Shown one piece after another: positions 31,675 to 43,681 of a stretch of 64,000 bases of DNA; position 1 is the first letter of the stretch, and every line of letters begins with the position of its first letter. A program made the position numbers and the translations under genes. Source of the stretch: an uncultured delta proteobacterium (lineage in GTDB: Bacteria > Myxococcota > Myxococcia > Myxococcales > Myxococcaceae). The stretch is from the NCBI GenBank assembly GCA_963771175.1, contig CAVYSY010000054.1, positions 32,001 to 96,000 on the forward strand. The letters are read 5' to 3'. A model generated the notes under the pieces. The model worked only from the letters and a program-made list of their open reading frames with translations. It did not search any database and was not told the origin of the DNA.

Positions 31675-31713
31675 CCCTGGGAGCGCCGTCTCGTCGGAGG
31701 GGCGCTCCCGGGG
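31675..31713. terminator. GC-rich hairpin after the secreted-protein operon
   Basis: CCCTGGGAGCGCC...GGCGCTCCCGGGG. Confidence 0.45.
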
Positions 31714-31806
31714 CCTGTGTCCAGCATGCGACCACTTCCGTGAGTGCGCTTCGGTGCGCCGACCCGCTAGCATCGGTGCCCGTACTCGACGCAGGGGGAC
31801 GCACCG

Positions 31807-33439
<1,633 letters not shown>

Positions 33440-33467
33440 AGCAACTGGAGCAGGGGGACGAGGTGGC

Positions 33468-34382
33468 TCAACCGGCGGCGCCGTAGCGGAGCGCGTCCCG
33501 GCCCACCTGGGTGATGGCCTCGTCTCCCACGCTCGGCCCGTACTGGAGCAGCGCCACTCCGTAGTGGAACGCCCGGAAGCGCGCGCGGTCCCACGTGGCC
33601 TCGTCGATGTCGCCGTAGGCCTCGCGGAACGCTCCGCGGGCCTCCGGCGGCAGGAAGGTGAAGGCGATGCTCAGGTCCACCGCCGGGTCTCCCAGGTGCA
33701 CGTCTCCCCAGTCAATCACCCCCGTCAGCGTTTGGTTCTCGTCCACCAGCAGGTGCCTCGCGTAGAGGTCTCCGTGTACCCAGCAGGCCCGCCGGGTCCA
33801 CGGTGGCGTGTCCACCAGCCGTGATACCCAGGCGCGGATCGTCCCTCCATCCACCTCCGGGTGGAGTGCTTCCACCTTCGCGAGCCGCTCCAGGATGATG
33901 GGGGCTCGTTTGTGAAGGTCGGCACGGGCAAGCTCGTCTCCCGGGCCCCTCGCCAGGGTCTCGTCGTCCACGGGAATGCGGTGCAGCGCCGCCAGGAACC
34001 TCCCGAGGATGGAGGCGTTTCGAAGGCGTTCCTCGGGCGTCAAGGCCACCGTGCACGCGGTGACTCCGGGCAGCATCTCGTAGCCGACGAACGGGTAGGG
34101 GTAGTCCCCTTCGGGGCGACCGAGCCACTCCGGCACGGGAATGCGCAGCGGCAGGTGGGGCGCCAGCCGGGGCAGGATACGTGCCTCGTTCTCCAGCAGC
34201 CCCGCGGCAATCTTGCGGCGCGGGAAGCGGAACACCCAGCATCCGTCCACCACATAGGCCGCGTTGTCCCAGCCCTTGCCCAGCGGCTCCAGCCTCTGCG
34301 GAGCGATCTCCGGGAACTGCCGCTCCACCAATCCAGTGGCGGCCTCTTCCGTCAGGGTGACGTCCGCGTCCCACACAGGCAT
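33468..34382 (-). CDS. Aminoglycoside phosphotransferase (APH/kinase-like) family protein
   Basis: LGKGWDN, VFRFPRR, WVHGDLYARHLL, GVIDWGD...GDPAVD. Confidence 0.88.
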   Translation of the reverse strand: MPVWDADVTLTEEAATGLVERQFPEIAPQRLEPLGKGWDNAAYVVDGCWVFRFPRRKIAAGLLENEARILPRLAPHLPLRIPVPEWLGRPEGDYPYPFVGYEMLPGVTACTVALTPEERLRNASILGRFLAALHRIPVDDETLARGPGDELARADLHKRAPIILERLAKVEALHPEVDGGTIRAWVSRLVDTPPWTRRACWVHGDLYARHLLVDENQTLTGVIDWGDVHLGDPAVDLSIAFTFLPPEARGAFREAYGDIDEATWDRARFRAFHYGVALLQYGPSVGDEAITQVGRDALRYGAAG

Positions 34383-34417
34383 GGCTCTTCCTCTCCCTCG
34401 GCTCGGTGTGGCGTATC

Positions 34418-36065
34418 CTAGTCCGGGATGAGCAGTCGGTGGTGGCGCAGCGCCTTCGCCACGTTCTTCACCGGCGTCTCCGTCAGCGGGCCATAGCCGA
34501 GCGAGCGGATGAATTCGTCCTCGCTCCCCTCCAGCGCCTGCTTCACCGAGTCCATCACCAGCGTCTCCCGGAAGCCCGCCAGCGATTGCAGCCGCGCCGT
34601 CTGGTTCATCCCCGTGGAGAAGCCGGTGTAGTCCGGTTCGGTCCGAAGAGGCCGCAGCATCGTGTGCGCCAGGTTCAGTCCGATCGCCACGCCCAGCCCC
34701 GGCATGCCCCACCCGCTCGCAGATGCTCCGGACCTCCGGGTCCGTGCTCATCGCCGCCGTGGTGCGCCTGGATGTCCAGCGCCGCCGCGCACCAGCGCGC
34801 TCCGCCCGCTCGCGCCGGCCGCTCCGGAAGAAGGGCGGGCCGAACAGGCCGATGACGCAGTCGCCGACCATCTTGTCGAACACGCCTCCGTGCTCGCCAC
34901 AGCAGCTCCACCACCGCTCGCTCCAGCCGTCCACGAAGCGGCCGATGCGCGCCGGGCTCTCCAGACCTGCTCGCACAGCCGGGTGAAGCCGTTGATGTCC
35001 GCGAAGAGGATGCCCACCTCCTCGTCGCGGCTCGTCAGGTAGTGCGTCGCGTAGTCCGGCGATCCTGCAGCAGCTCGTCGATGACGTCCGCGGAGAAGAA
35101 CTGCGAGAGGTGCGATGCGCTCGCGGTTGTAGTCCATCGAGCCGCTGGCTCAGCGTCGAGGCCAGCACCCGCATCAGGTCCATCGTGTAGCTGGAGAAAC
35201 CCGTCCTCGCCCGACCACAGCAGGATCCGGCCCAGCGGCGCGCTGTGCCGGTGGCCGGCGATGAGCACCGCCTCCATCACCGCGAGGCTCTCGCAGCGCC
35301 TCGCTTCAGCCGCTCGTCTCCGCGCGCCAGCAGTTCCGGGCCGTGCGCGCGCAGCACCGCGTCCAGCACCGGCAGGGTCTGCTCGCCCGACTCGTGCTCC
35401 AGGTGCCCGTTGCGGTACGAGCGGTAGTGCAGCACCGAGGGCCTCACCGCGTCCCGGTACACCAGCAGGAAGCCCGGCACCCGCACCCGCTGCGGCCAGC
35501 GCCAGCACCGCCTCGTCCATGCCCGCCTCGAAGACGGGGTTGGCCAGCAGGTGGTTGAGGTGGAGGATGAGCTCCTGCTTCTCGCTCGCGGTGTGCACCA
35601 GCAGCAGCACGGTGTCGAGCTGCTCGGCCACCGTGTCCAGCATGCGCTCCAGCGAGCCCCGGCCTGCTCGGGCGGGTGTGGTCGCCCACCAGGAACAGGC
35701 CGAGGCGCCCCACCGACTGGCCCACCACGTCCAGCGTCCTGGCTCACCACCGTGCCCTCGCCCTCGCGCCGCGTCGCCCAGCGAGTCGGCCAGCAGCGTG
35801 CCCGGGTAGACGCCGCCGAAGTCCCCCGCGTGGAAGGTCTGCTGCGACGAGCTCCTCGTTGCGCGTGGTGACGGCGACGCCCTGCGCCCCCGTCTCCCGC
35901 AGCACCAACGGGCAGCAACCGGTGGAACGTCTGCGCCAGCGAGGCCCGCTCCCGCACGCACTCCTCCAGCAGCGAGTCCACCTCGCGGTTGAGTGCGTGC
36001 AGCATGCGGAGCTCCTCGAGCTCCGACCCGGCGGTGGCCACCGGCGTGGCCCGTGCGACTGTCAT
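34418..36065 (-). CDS. Class III adenylate/guanylate cyclase domain protein, heavily frameshifted
   Basis: VGILFADINGFT, VFDKMVGDCVIGLFG, VAIGLN, DYTGFSTGMNQTARLQSLA; GGGAG RBS before ATG 36065. Confidence 0.8.
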
Positions 36066-36089
36066 GACTTCTCCCTGTGGGGCTCCGCC

Positions 36090-38556
36090 TCAGCGGCAGT
36101 TCTGGTTGGCGTCGAGCGCCTCGCGCAGGTTCTGCGGCGGCGGCAGCTTGCGCGCGGCCATCAGCTCCGCGAACTCCTGTGCGTTGGCCACCTGCAGCCG
36201 CGGGTTGGTGCGCTTCTCCCGGCCAATGGTGCTCGCCCGCTGGCCCTGGTAGTCGTGCGAGGGCAGCACCACCGTGTCCTCCGGCAGCGCCATCAGCCGC
36301 TGGAGGCTCTCGTAGAGCTTCGCCGAGCTGCCCGAGGGCAGGTCCGTCCGGCCGCACGCGCCGATCAGCAGCGTGTCCCCGGTCAGCACCCGACCCGGCA
36401 GCACGAGGCACAGCGCGTCCTCGGTGTGGCCCGGCGTGCGCCATCACCTCGATGCGCAGCTTGCCCAGCTGCAGCGTGTCCCCGTCCTGCAGCCGCTTGT
36501 CCACGCACGGCGGAGTCGCCGCCGCGTGCATCACCATCTGCGCCCCCGTCAGCTCCTTGAGGCGCATGCGAGCCCGACAGGTGGTCCGCGTGGGTGTGCG
36601 TCTCCAGCGTGTAGCGCAGCCGCAGCCGCTTGGACTTGAGCAGGTCCAGGTAGTGGTCCACGTGCTCGCGCAGCGGGTCGACCAGCATCGCCTCGCCCGA
36701 GTCCTTGGTCCGCGATGAGGTAGCTGCGGCACGCCCCGTCCGGCTGGAGCACCTCGAACTCGTAGCCGTGGATGTCTCCGTCCGGCTGCGTGGTGTTGCT
36801 CTCCTGGCGTGGACTCCATCCAGCGGTCCGCGCAGCGGCCGGCGAACTCGGCGCTCACCGCGTCGCCCTTCACCTGGTAGTGGCCGCGCCACTTGCGGTC
36901 GCGCACCCGCTGCACGTACTCCAGCAGCCGGTCCACGTCGCTCTCGTCGTTGTAGAGGCCCACGCTCGCGCGCACCGCGCCCGTGGGAGGCGTCGTCTGG
37001 CCCGCGGCTCTTCGCCTTCGCCGCCAGCAGCTTGTCCATGTAGATGTGCGCGCAGAAGCGGCCGTTGCGCACCGCGATGGCGCCCTCCTCGGAGAGCACC
37101 GCCGCCGCCAGCAGGTCCGACACCCCGTCCACGTTGAAGGTGACCACGCCCAGGCGCTTGCTCGCGTCCGGCGGCCCGTAGAGCGGTGATGCCGCCCATC
37201 TCCTGGAGGCCCTTCAGCATGCGCTCCATGAGCGCGCACCTCGTGGGCGCGCACCTCCTCCATGCCGATGGACTGGAGGAACGAGAGCGCGCGCGCCATG
37301 CCCACCACGCCCGCGATGTTCGGCGTGCCGCCATGGTGCCGGTCCGGCGCCGGCGAGGTACTCGGCATCGCGCGGCGTCACCTTCGAGGCCGTGCCGCCA
37401 CCCGGGAGGTACGGCGGCGCCTGGCTCATCAGCGCGCGCGGCCCGTAGAGGAAGCCCGCGCCGAACGGGGCGTAGGCCTTGTGGCCCGCGCCCGCGAGGA
37501 AGTCGATGTGCTCGGCGTCGTCCGGGTCGCTTCACGTCGATGCGGCATGCGCGCCAGCGCCTGCGCCGCGTCGACCAGGATGAGCGCGCCGTTCTCGTGC
37601 GCCATGCGCGCGATCTTCCGCAGGTCCGGCATCGACGCCGGTGACGTTGGAGCCGGCCGTCACCGCCACCAGCTTCACGTCGTTCTTGCGCAGCAGCTCT
37701 TCCAGGTGGTCGAGGTCCAGCTCACCGTCGTCCGTCGACGCGGGCGCGCAGCACGGGGCCGCGGCGGCGGTGGGGCAGCTCGTTGGAGTGGTGCTCCAGC
37801 TCCGTGGTGACGACCTTGCCGGGCCGGTCCGCCATCACGTGGCTGCACAGGTCGATCGCCTGCGTGGTGTTGTTGGTGAAGCACGACGCGCCCCGCGGCG
37901 CAGCTCGGCGTCGAGGTAGTCCGCGACGATGTAGTAGCACTCCTCGAAGCGCTCGGTGGCCTTGCGCGACAGGTGGTGCGTGCCGCGGTGGATGTTGGCG
38001 TACTCGCGCGCCACGAACTCGGTGTAGGCGCTGAGGACCGAGGCCGGCGCGTGCGTGCTGGCCGCGTGGTCCATGTACACCAGCGGCGCTCCCCCGAGCC
38101 GAGCACCGGCACGCAGCGCGCCACGATGGCGAACTCGTGCCGCACGTCGTCCCAGTTGAGCTTCGCGCCGGGAAGCCGGCACACCACCGCGCCGCCGGAG
38201 ATGGGCAGCCCGAGGTGGCGCCAGCGCTCGATGCCGCCGGCGAGGCTGCGCACGTTGGAGTAGCCCATCTTCAGCAGCACGTCGCCCACCATCGCCGAGC
38301 GGTTGCCGGTGGCGCAGTAGACGACGACGGGCGTGTCCCGCTTCGCCACGTGCTCGTGGACGTGCTTCTCCAGCAGTCCACGCGGCAGGCGCACCGCGCC
38401 CTCCAGGGTGCCGTCGGCCATCTCGTCCGACTCGCGGACATCGAGCAGCACCACGTGGTGGCGCGCCTCGGCGCGGCTGAGCTCCTCGGCGGAGATCTCC
38501 GGCACGCGGCTCAAGGCATCCTTGACGAAGTCCTTGTACGTCCAGGCCTGTGACAT
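36090..38556 (-). CDS. Fusion: rhodanese + SufS/CsdA-type cysteine desulfurase + MBL-fold persulfide dioxygenase (ETHE1-like), frameshifted
   Basis: LLDVRE...VYCATGNRS...LAGG; YMDHAAS, VDAAQ, GHKAYAPFG, GTPNIAG, AVRNGRFCAH; ETHTHADHLSG, GHTED, LTGDTLLIGACGRTD, PSHDY. Confidence 0.8.
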
Positions 38557-38875
38557 CCTGCCTCCCTGTGGGTGTGGGCTCGTGGTGGCCCGCTCCTCCC
38601 GTGTCGCGGGCACGCACGGAAGGGGGAGCCGGGGCCCCTGATACCACGCCGGGCGCGAAGGGCCACCGGGCATGGAGGGGGCCGGGCGCCAACCCACACC
38701 CGGGGTTGAGGGAGACCTGACGGACGGCTCGCCATGGCTCCCGGGGACGCGGGGATTTCCCGGCTCTTGACGCGGTGTGCGATGCAAGGGGCCCCCTCTG
38801 TCCCCGTGATGTCTTCGAGTACGGCGCTGGTGGCAGCCGCCCGCAGTGCCTACACTCCGGGAAGGGCGGACGACC

Positions 38876-39173
38876 ATGACCCTTTCTCAGCACCGACCTG
38901 AGGGATGAGATCGCCATCCCCTATTTCCTCTGGGACGACCCGATGACCGTGGGCGAGCTGCGCGAGCGGCTGCTCACGGCTTCCGAGCCGGAGCGCGTAC
39001 GCTTGATTGGCACCATCCTCCGCGAGGCGCGGGACACGGACGTCTGGGAGTGGGTTGCGCTCGAAGAGGTGGTCCAACTCTGGCCACAGCTCCAGCGCCA
39101 CCTGGGCCGTCGGCGAGCCTTCTGGGAGTTCCTCCTCTCGCGCTGGCGTCGGCAAGGACTCCTGCATGGCTGA
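38876..39173 (+). CDS. Small putative antitoxin (PYFLWD-type), apparent 5' frameshift
   Basis: IPYFLWDDPMTV...LIGTILREARDTDVW...LGRRRAFWEFL; overlaps the downstream nucleotidyltransferase gene. Confidence 0.6.
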
Positions 39174-39817
39174 TGCACTCAGCCCCTTTCAGCGGGAACT
39201 CCTCGAAGCCTTCTTTCGCCGCGCACCGGCGTTCTATCTCACCGGTGGCGCGGCCCTGGCGGGCTTCTACCTCGGGCACCGGCGGACGGAGGATCTCGAC
39301 CTCTTCACCACCGAAGATGCCTTGGAGTCCGGGGAGCGCGCTCTCCAGGAGGCAGCGGACGAGCTGGGCTCCTCCGTGGAGCGCCTCCAGACAGCACCGG
39401 ACTTTCGCCGCCGCCTCGTGAGGCGGAGTCATGAGTCGTTGGTGGCGGACCTGGTGCGTGAACGCGTCACGGCGGGTCAGCGCACCAAGGTTCAGCGCGG
39501 CGTCGTCAGGCTGGACTCCGCGGAGGAGATCCTCGCCAACAAGCTCTGTGCACTCCTCTCGCGCGCGGAACTGCGAGATTCTGGTGGACGTCATGGCCCT
39601 GGAGAAAACGGGACTGCGCATCGAGGAGGTTCTCCCGGACGCCATGCGGAAGGACGGGGGGCTGACGCCGGCGCAGCTCGCGTGGGTCCTGTCGGAGTTG
39701 CGCATCGGCGATGACGCGCGCATTCCCGGGCGCCTGTCCGCTGCCGAGGTCCGCACAGGGATCGAGTCCCTTATCGAGCGGCTGACCCGCCTCGCGGCCC
39801 CAGCCAATGGCAAGTAA
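39166..39817 (+). CDS. AbiEii/AbiGii-family nucleotidyltransferase toxin, frameshift near 39580
   Basis: FYLTGGAALAGFYLGHRRTEDLDLF, ILANKLCALLSRAELRD.VD. Confidence 0.85.
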
Positions 39818-39945
39818 CGCCGTGTCGTCCAGCACGGGCTCGGCCGAGTAGCGCCGCTCCCAGAAGCCGCCACTCCAGTCCTCCAGCCGCCCCACCTTCC
39901 TGGAGAGGTTGGCGCGCAGGTACTGCATGAAGCCGGCGAGCGCGG
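39815..39945 (-). pseudogene. Fragment of an IS200/RAYT-like (Y1 HuH) transposase
   Basis: LAGFMQYLRANLSRKVGRLEDWSGGFWERRYSAEPVLDDTAL, FWxxRY motif; no intact start or end. Confidence 0.7.
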
Positions 39946-40098
39946 CCCTCCTGCAGGCGGGGATTTCCCGACTCTGGACGCGGCGTGCGATGCTCCTTGG
40001 CCGCCCGTTCGGTGGGCCACCAGGAGTCCGATGGAGGCTCCAGCAGGTCGCTCGCCGAGCGCGGAAACCACCCTCTCATTGCTCCAGGAGACTTCTCG

Positions 40099-40647
40099 AT
40101 GCGAACCCACTTCTCCCTCATGACGGCCGCGGCCGTGGCCCTGACGTTCGTGCTCGCTTCGCCCGCCCTCGCGGAGTCAGCCAAGGCCCACGCCGCGGAC
40201 GAGGCCACCATCCGCAAGCAGGTGGCCGATCAGACCGAGGCCTGGAACCGCTCCGACGCGGCGGCCTGGAGCAAGGACTTCGCCCCGGACGCGGCGTTCA
40301 TCAACATCGTCGGAAGCGTCTTCAATGGCCGGGCTGAAATCGAGAAGCGGCACGCCTTCGTCTTCGACACCCTCTTCAAGGGCAGCCGGACCCAGGTGAC
40401 GGTGACGCGGCTCGTCTTCGTCGATGCGAACGTGGCGGTGGTCGACATGGAGCACGTGGTGACCGGGTTCACCGGGCTGCCTCCCGGTGTTCAGTCCACG
40501 GAGCCGGGCGTGCTGAAGACCCGAATGCGGTACGTGATGAAGAAGGCCGGCAAGAAGTGGGAAATCGCCGCCGGCCAGAACACGGACGTGAAGCCCGCGC
40601 CGGCTCCCGCCGTCACTCCGGCCAAGGACGCTCCCGCCGGCAGGTAG
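40099..40647 (+). CDS. Secreted SgcJ/EcaC-like NTF2-fold (DUF4440-type) protein
   Basis: AGGAG RBS, signal peptide, EAWNRSDA...FAPDAAFINIVG...GRAEI...WEIAAGQNT. Confidence 0.85.
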   Translation: MRTHFSLMTAAAVALTFVLASPALAESAKAHAADEATIRKQVADQTEAWNRSDAAAWSKDFAPDAAFINIVGSVFNGRAEIEKRHAFVFDTLFKGSRTQVTVTRLVFVDANVAVVDMEHVVTGFTGLPPGVQSTEPGVLKTRMRYVMKKAGKKWEIAAGQNTDVKPAPAPAVTPAKDAPAGR

Positions 40648-40663
40648 CATGCGGAGTGCCGGC

Positions 40664-40727
40664 TCAGAAGCTCAGGCCGAGGCCGGCGAACGGGTCGCCC
40701 ATCCTGTCCCGGTGCCGCTCCCCGTCC
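40664..40727. repeat. 64-bp direct repeat, copy 1 (duplicate of the 3' end of gene 50770..51675)
   Basis: 61/64 identical to 50770..50833 by manual alignment. Confidence 0.9.
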
Positions 40728-40735
40728 TCCGGGAA

Positions 40736-40792
40736 GGTGTCGAAGGACTCGTTTCGACACCGCGTCCCCTACGAATCGTCTGACACCCTGCC
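40736..40792 (+). repeat. REP-like palindromic element, copy 1
   Basis: GGTGTCGAA-GGACTCGT-TTCGACACC followed by CCCCTACGAATCGTCTGACACCCTGCC; related copies at 42880 (inverted) and 45237. Confidence 0.7.
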
Positions 40793-40895
40793 TGCCTGGC
40801 GCACAGCCCGGGCGGCACCCGTCAGCGGCCCTCCTCGGCCCCTCGGCACCAGCCCGCCACCCTCAAAAGTGCCCCCATCTTTCCTTGGCTCCTTG

Positions 40896-40958
40896 AGTTT
40901 GTGCCGGGTTTGCGGGAACCCTTCACTGTGAAGGGTAGTCACAAACCCGGCACAAACT
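40896..40958. promoter_or_regulatory. Long palindrome directly upstream of the AlbA_2 gene
   Basis: AGTTTGTGCCGGGTTTG-N5-ACCCTTCAC-T-GTGAAGGGT-N5-CAAACCCGGCACAAACT. Confidence 0.7.
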
Positions 40959-40980
40959 TCTGGGTGAGGCACCAGCGGCC

Positions 40981-42814
40981 ATGCAGCGGATTCGAGAGGA
41001 AGTCGAGGTGGCGCTCAGCGGGGTGCTGGCGGGAACGGCCGCACACAAGCTGGAGTCCCCCACCTTGGACTTCAAGGAGCAGGGCCAGGGCGGGCTCAAG
41101 GATTTCATGCCGGGACATCGCGGGCGATGCCGTTTGCTTCGCGAACGCGGGTGGTGGAGCCATCATCATTGGGGTCGACAACAAGCAGGCGGGCCCGCAG
41201 GCATTCAAGGGAACCGACCTCGATTCCGAAGACGTCCGTAGGCGCGTCTACGAACTGAGCAACCCGCCCCTGCTCGTCGAGGCCGAGAACCGGCAATTCG
41301 CGGGTGCTCGTCTGCTCATCCTCTTCGTGCAGCAGAGCATCGATGTCCATGCGGACACTCAAGGGCGGGCCCGGCGCCGTGTGTCGACGGACTGCCTTCC
41401 CATGAGCCCCGACGAGGTGGCCCGTCTGCGAGAGGAGCGCCGGGACTTCGACTGGTCGAGCCAGCCTGGTGAGCGCACGCTCAGCGACGTGTCCCCGATA
41501 GCGCTCGAGGCGGCGCGCCGAAGCCTCGCCACCCTCACGGATGAGACGCGCCGCAAGTATGCGCGTCTCAGCGATCACGACTTGTTGAAGGCGCTCGGGG
41601 TTGTCTCGGAGAAGGGCGCTCTCCTTCGTGCTGGGGAACTGCTCTTCTGCGAAACATCCTGGTCTCCCTTGCTCCAGTACCACTACCGCCAGACACCGGG
41701 TGGCGAGCCTCGTGCCATCGAGCGCATCGAGACACCCCTCGTCCTTGCATTTGAAAAGGTGTTGGGGCTGGTGCAGGCCCGGCTCAATCAGACGCCGATA
41801 TCGCTTCCCAATGGCCAGCAGATCGAAATCGCGGACTTCCCCCAACTGGCTATTCGCGAGGCTATTGCCAACGCCCTCGTCCACCAGGACTTCCGCCTGC
41901 GTCGACCCGTCTTCATCGACCACTCCCCCGAGGTCTTCGTGGTCACCTCACCGGGACCGCTCGTCTCTGGAGTGACTCCTGAGAACATCCTGACGCATCC
42001 ACCCAGGCCGCGTAATCGCACCCTGGCCAAAGCTGCACGCACCCTGGGGTTCGCCGAGGAAGCCGGGCGAGGCGTGGATCGCATGTACCGGGAGATGATC
42101 CGTTCCGGGCGTGACCTTCCCCGAATCGAGGCTTCCTTCGAGCAGGTTCAGGTGAAGCTGGTTGGAGGTGCGCCCAGAACGCAGATCACCCGATTCGTTG
42201 CCCAACTCCCAGAACACGAGCGCGATGACACGGATACCCTGCTGATTCTCTTCCGCCTCTGTCGGAGCAAGACGGTCACGGCGTTGGAGATGGCACCCAT
42301 GCTGCAGAGGTCGGTGGACGAGGCCGAGGCGAGCTTGCGGCGACTCACGAACGACGAGTTGGCCATCCTGGAAGCCACTCGACAGACCGCACGCCTCGCT
42401 CATCCCGCATACCGACTGCGGGGCGAGGTGCTCAAGCGGCTCGGCTCGGCCGTGGATTACCAACGCCGAACCACGGACGAGTTGGATCGAAAAATCATTA
42501 CGCACGTCCGTGAATACGGAAAGGTGAACAATCGTACTCTGCAGAACTTCTTCGACGTGGATGTGCAGCGTGCACGCGACATCCTCTCGGACATGGTGGA
42601 GCGGCAGCTTCTGGTGAAGATTTCCGAGCAGCAACGGGGGCCCTCCGTGGAGTATGGTCCTGGGCCCAAGTTCCCCGGCAAGCGCAAGTCTCGCGCGAAG
42701 GGAACTCGGATGGACAAGCAGCGTGTCCGTTCCGCATCGCAAAAGAAAGACACCAAGACGCTGCCTCTGCCACTCAAGCCTCGCAGGCGAAGCAAGCCAC
42801 GTGGTAGCTCCTGA
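40981..42814 (+). CDS. Schlafen/AlbA_2 domain + HATPase_c_4 (RecG C-terminal-like) + wHTH protein, frameshift near 41105-41115
   Basis: LESPTLDFKE, VCFANAGGGAIIIGVDN; AIREAIANALVHQDF, VTSPG, PRNRTLA, EEAGRGVDRM; wHTH VREYGKVNNRTLQNFF. Confidence 0.85.
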
Positions 42815-42879
42815 CGTGGTGCTTTGGGCTCAGCGGGTGAACCGTTCCGCCGCCGGAGCGCCGCCATCCTCGATCCGCT

Positions 42880-43037
42880 GGCAGGGTGTCGGACGAGTCG
42901 TAGGGGGCGAGGTGTTGGAACAAGTCCTTTGACTCGACTTTCACCATTTTTGACCGGCTCCCTCTGGCCTCCCTCTGGGAAGACGCCTCGTTCTTCCCTC
43001 TGAGGCGCCCAAAATGGCGAAAGTCGAGTTTGACACC
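42880..43037 (-). repeat. REP-like element copy 2 (inverted) plus adjoining long hairpin
   Basis: Reverse complement GAGTCAAAGGACTTGTTCCAACACCTCGCCCCCTACGACTCGTCCGACACCCTGCC matches copy 1; CTCGACTTTCACCATTTT...AAAATGGCGAAAGTCGAG stem; TTTGACACC at the end. Confidence 0.65.
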
Positions 43038-43079
43038 TGATACTGATACTGGGGACGTGGCCTCGAACCGAGCGCCAAG

Positions 43080-43150
43080 AGGGCCGTGCGCGCTCACGCA
43101 GTAGCCGCATCCATTCAGCTCGGACACGTGGAAGGTCTTGAGCGCGCTGG
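43080..43150 (-). pseudogene. AhpD/carboxymuconolactone decarboxylase-like remnant
   Basis: VSELNGCGYCVSAH motif only, truncated by the repeat region. Confidence 0.55.
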
Positions 43151-43174
43151 ACATTACAGCGCCCTCATCCCTCT

Positions 43175-43363
43175 TCAGCAGCAGGCCCCGCCGACCTCCC
43201 GAACCGTGCTCCGGTACTGCACGGCAGCCATGGTCGGACCACACGGGTACACGCCGAAGTGCGTGGTGCGTGAGCCCAGGACCGAGGCAAGCAGCTTGCC
43301 GTAGTACTCGCTCACGAACGCCTGAAGGTTCTGCTGGCCTGGTTCCGCCGGGTTTTCCTTCAT
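43175..43363 (-). pseudogene. Internally deleted arsenite-methyltransferase-like remnant
   Basis: AAGGAG RBS; N-terminal VSEYYGK joined directly to C-terminal HFGVYPCG...GGACC with no SAM-binding core. Confidence 0.45.
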
Positions 43364-43432
43364 GTGGGACCGCTCCTTGGAAGGCACGGTCTCCAAGCCA
43401 CGCGGTTCGTTACACGGGGCGCGCCACGCGCT

Positions 43433-43675
43433 TCATTTCTGCTCCGGAGGCGCCATCCCGCGCAAGCGCCTGAGGAGCTCGGCCTTCACCTCCGGAGGCA
43501 CCTGCTCCTGAGGGAGCTGGCCGAGCGTGCGCGCCGTCATCTTCATCTGCCGCAGGTAGGCCCGACAGTGCCGGCACATGCCCAGGTGCATCAGAAATTG
43601 GACTCGCCGCCAAAGGGACATGCGTCCCTCGAGGTATTCGGTAACGAGTTCTGTGAGCTGCTGGCAGGTGAGCAT
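43433..43675 (-). CDS. zf-HC2 anti-sigma factor
   Basis: MLTCQQLTELVTEYLEG...HLGMCRHCRAY (HxxxCxxC). Confidence 0.9.
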   Translation of the reverse strand: MLTCQQLTELVTEYLEGRMSLWRRVQFLMHLGMCRHCRAYLRQMKMTARTLGQLPQEQVPPEVKAELLRRLRGMAPPEQK

Positions 43676-43681
43676 GAGCGT

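Noticed and set aside
38560..38870. Long GC-rich leader of the sulfur fusion gene as a SAM or other riboswitch
   Set aside because: Only a GTCAAGAG resemblance; the other conserved SAM-I elements were not found by eye. An Rfam scan would settle it.
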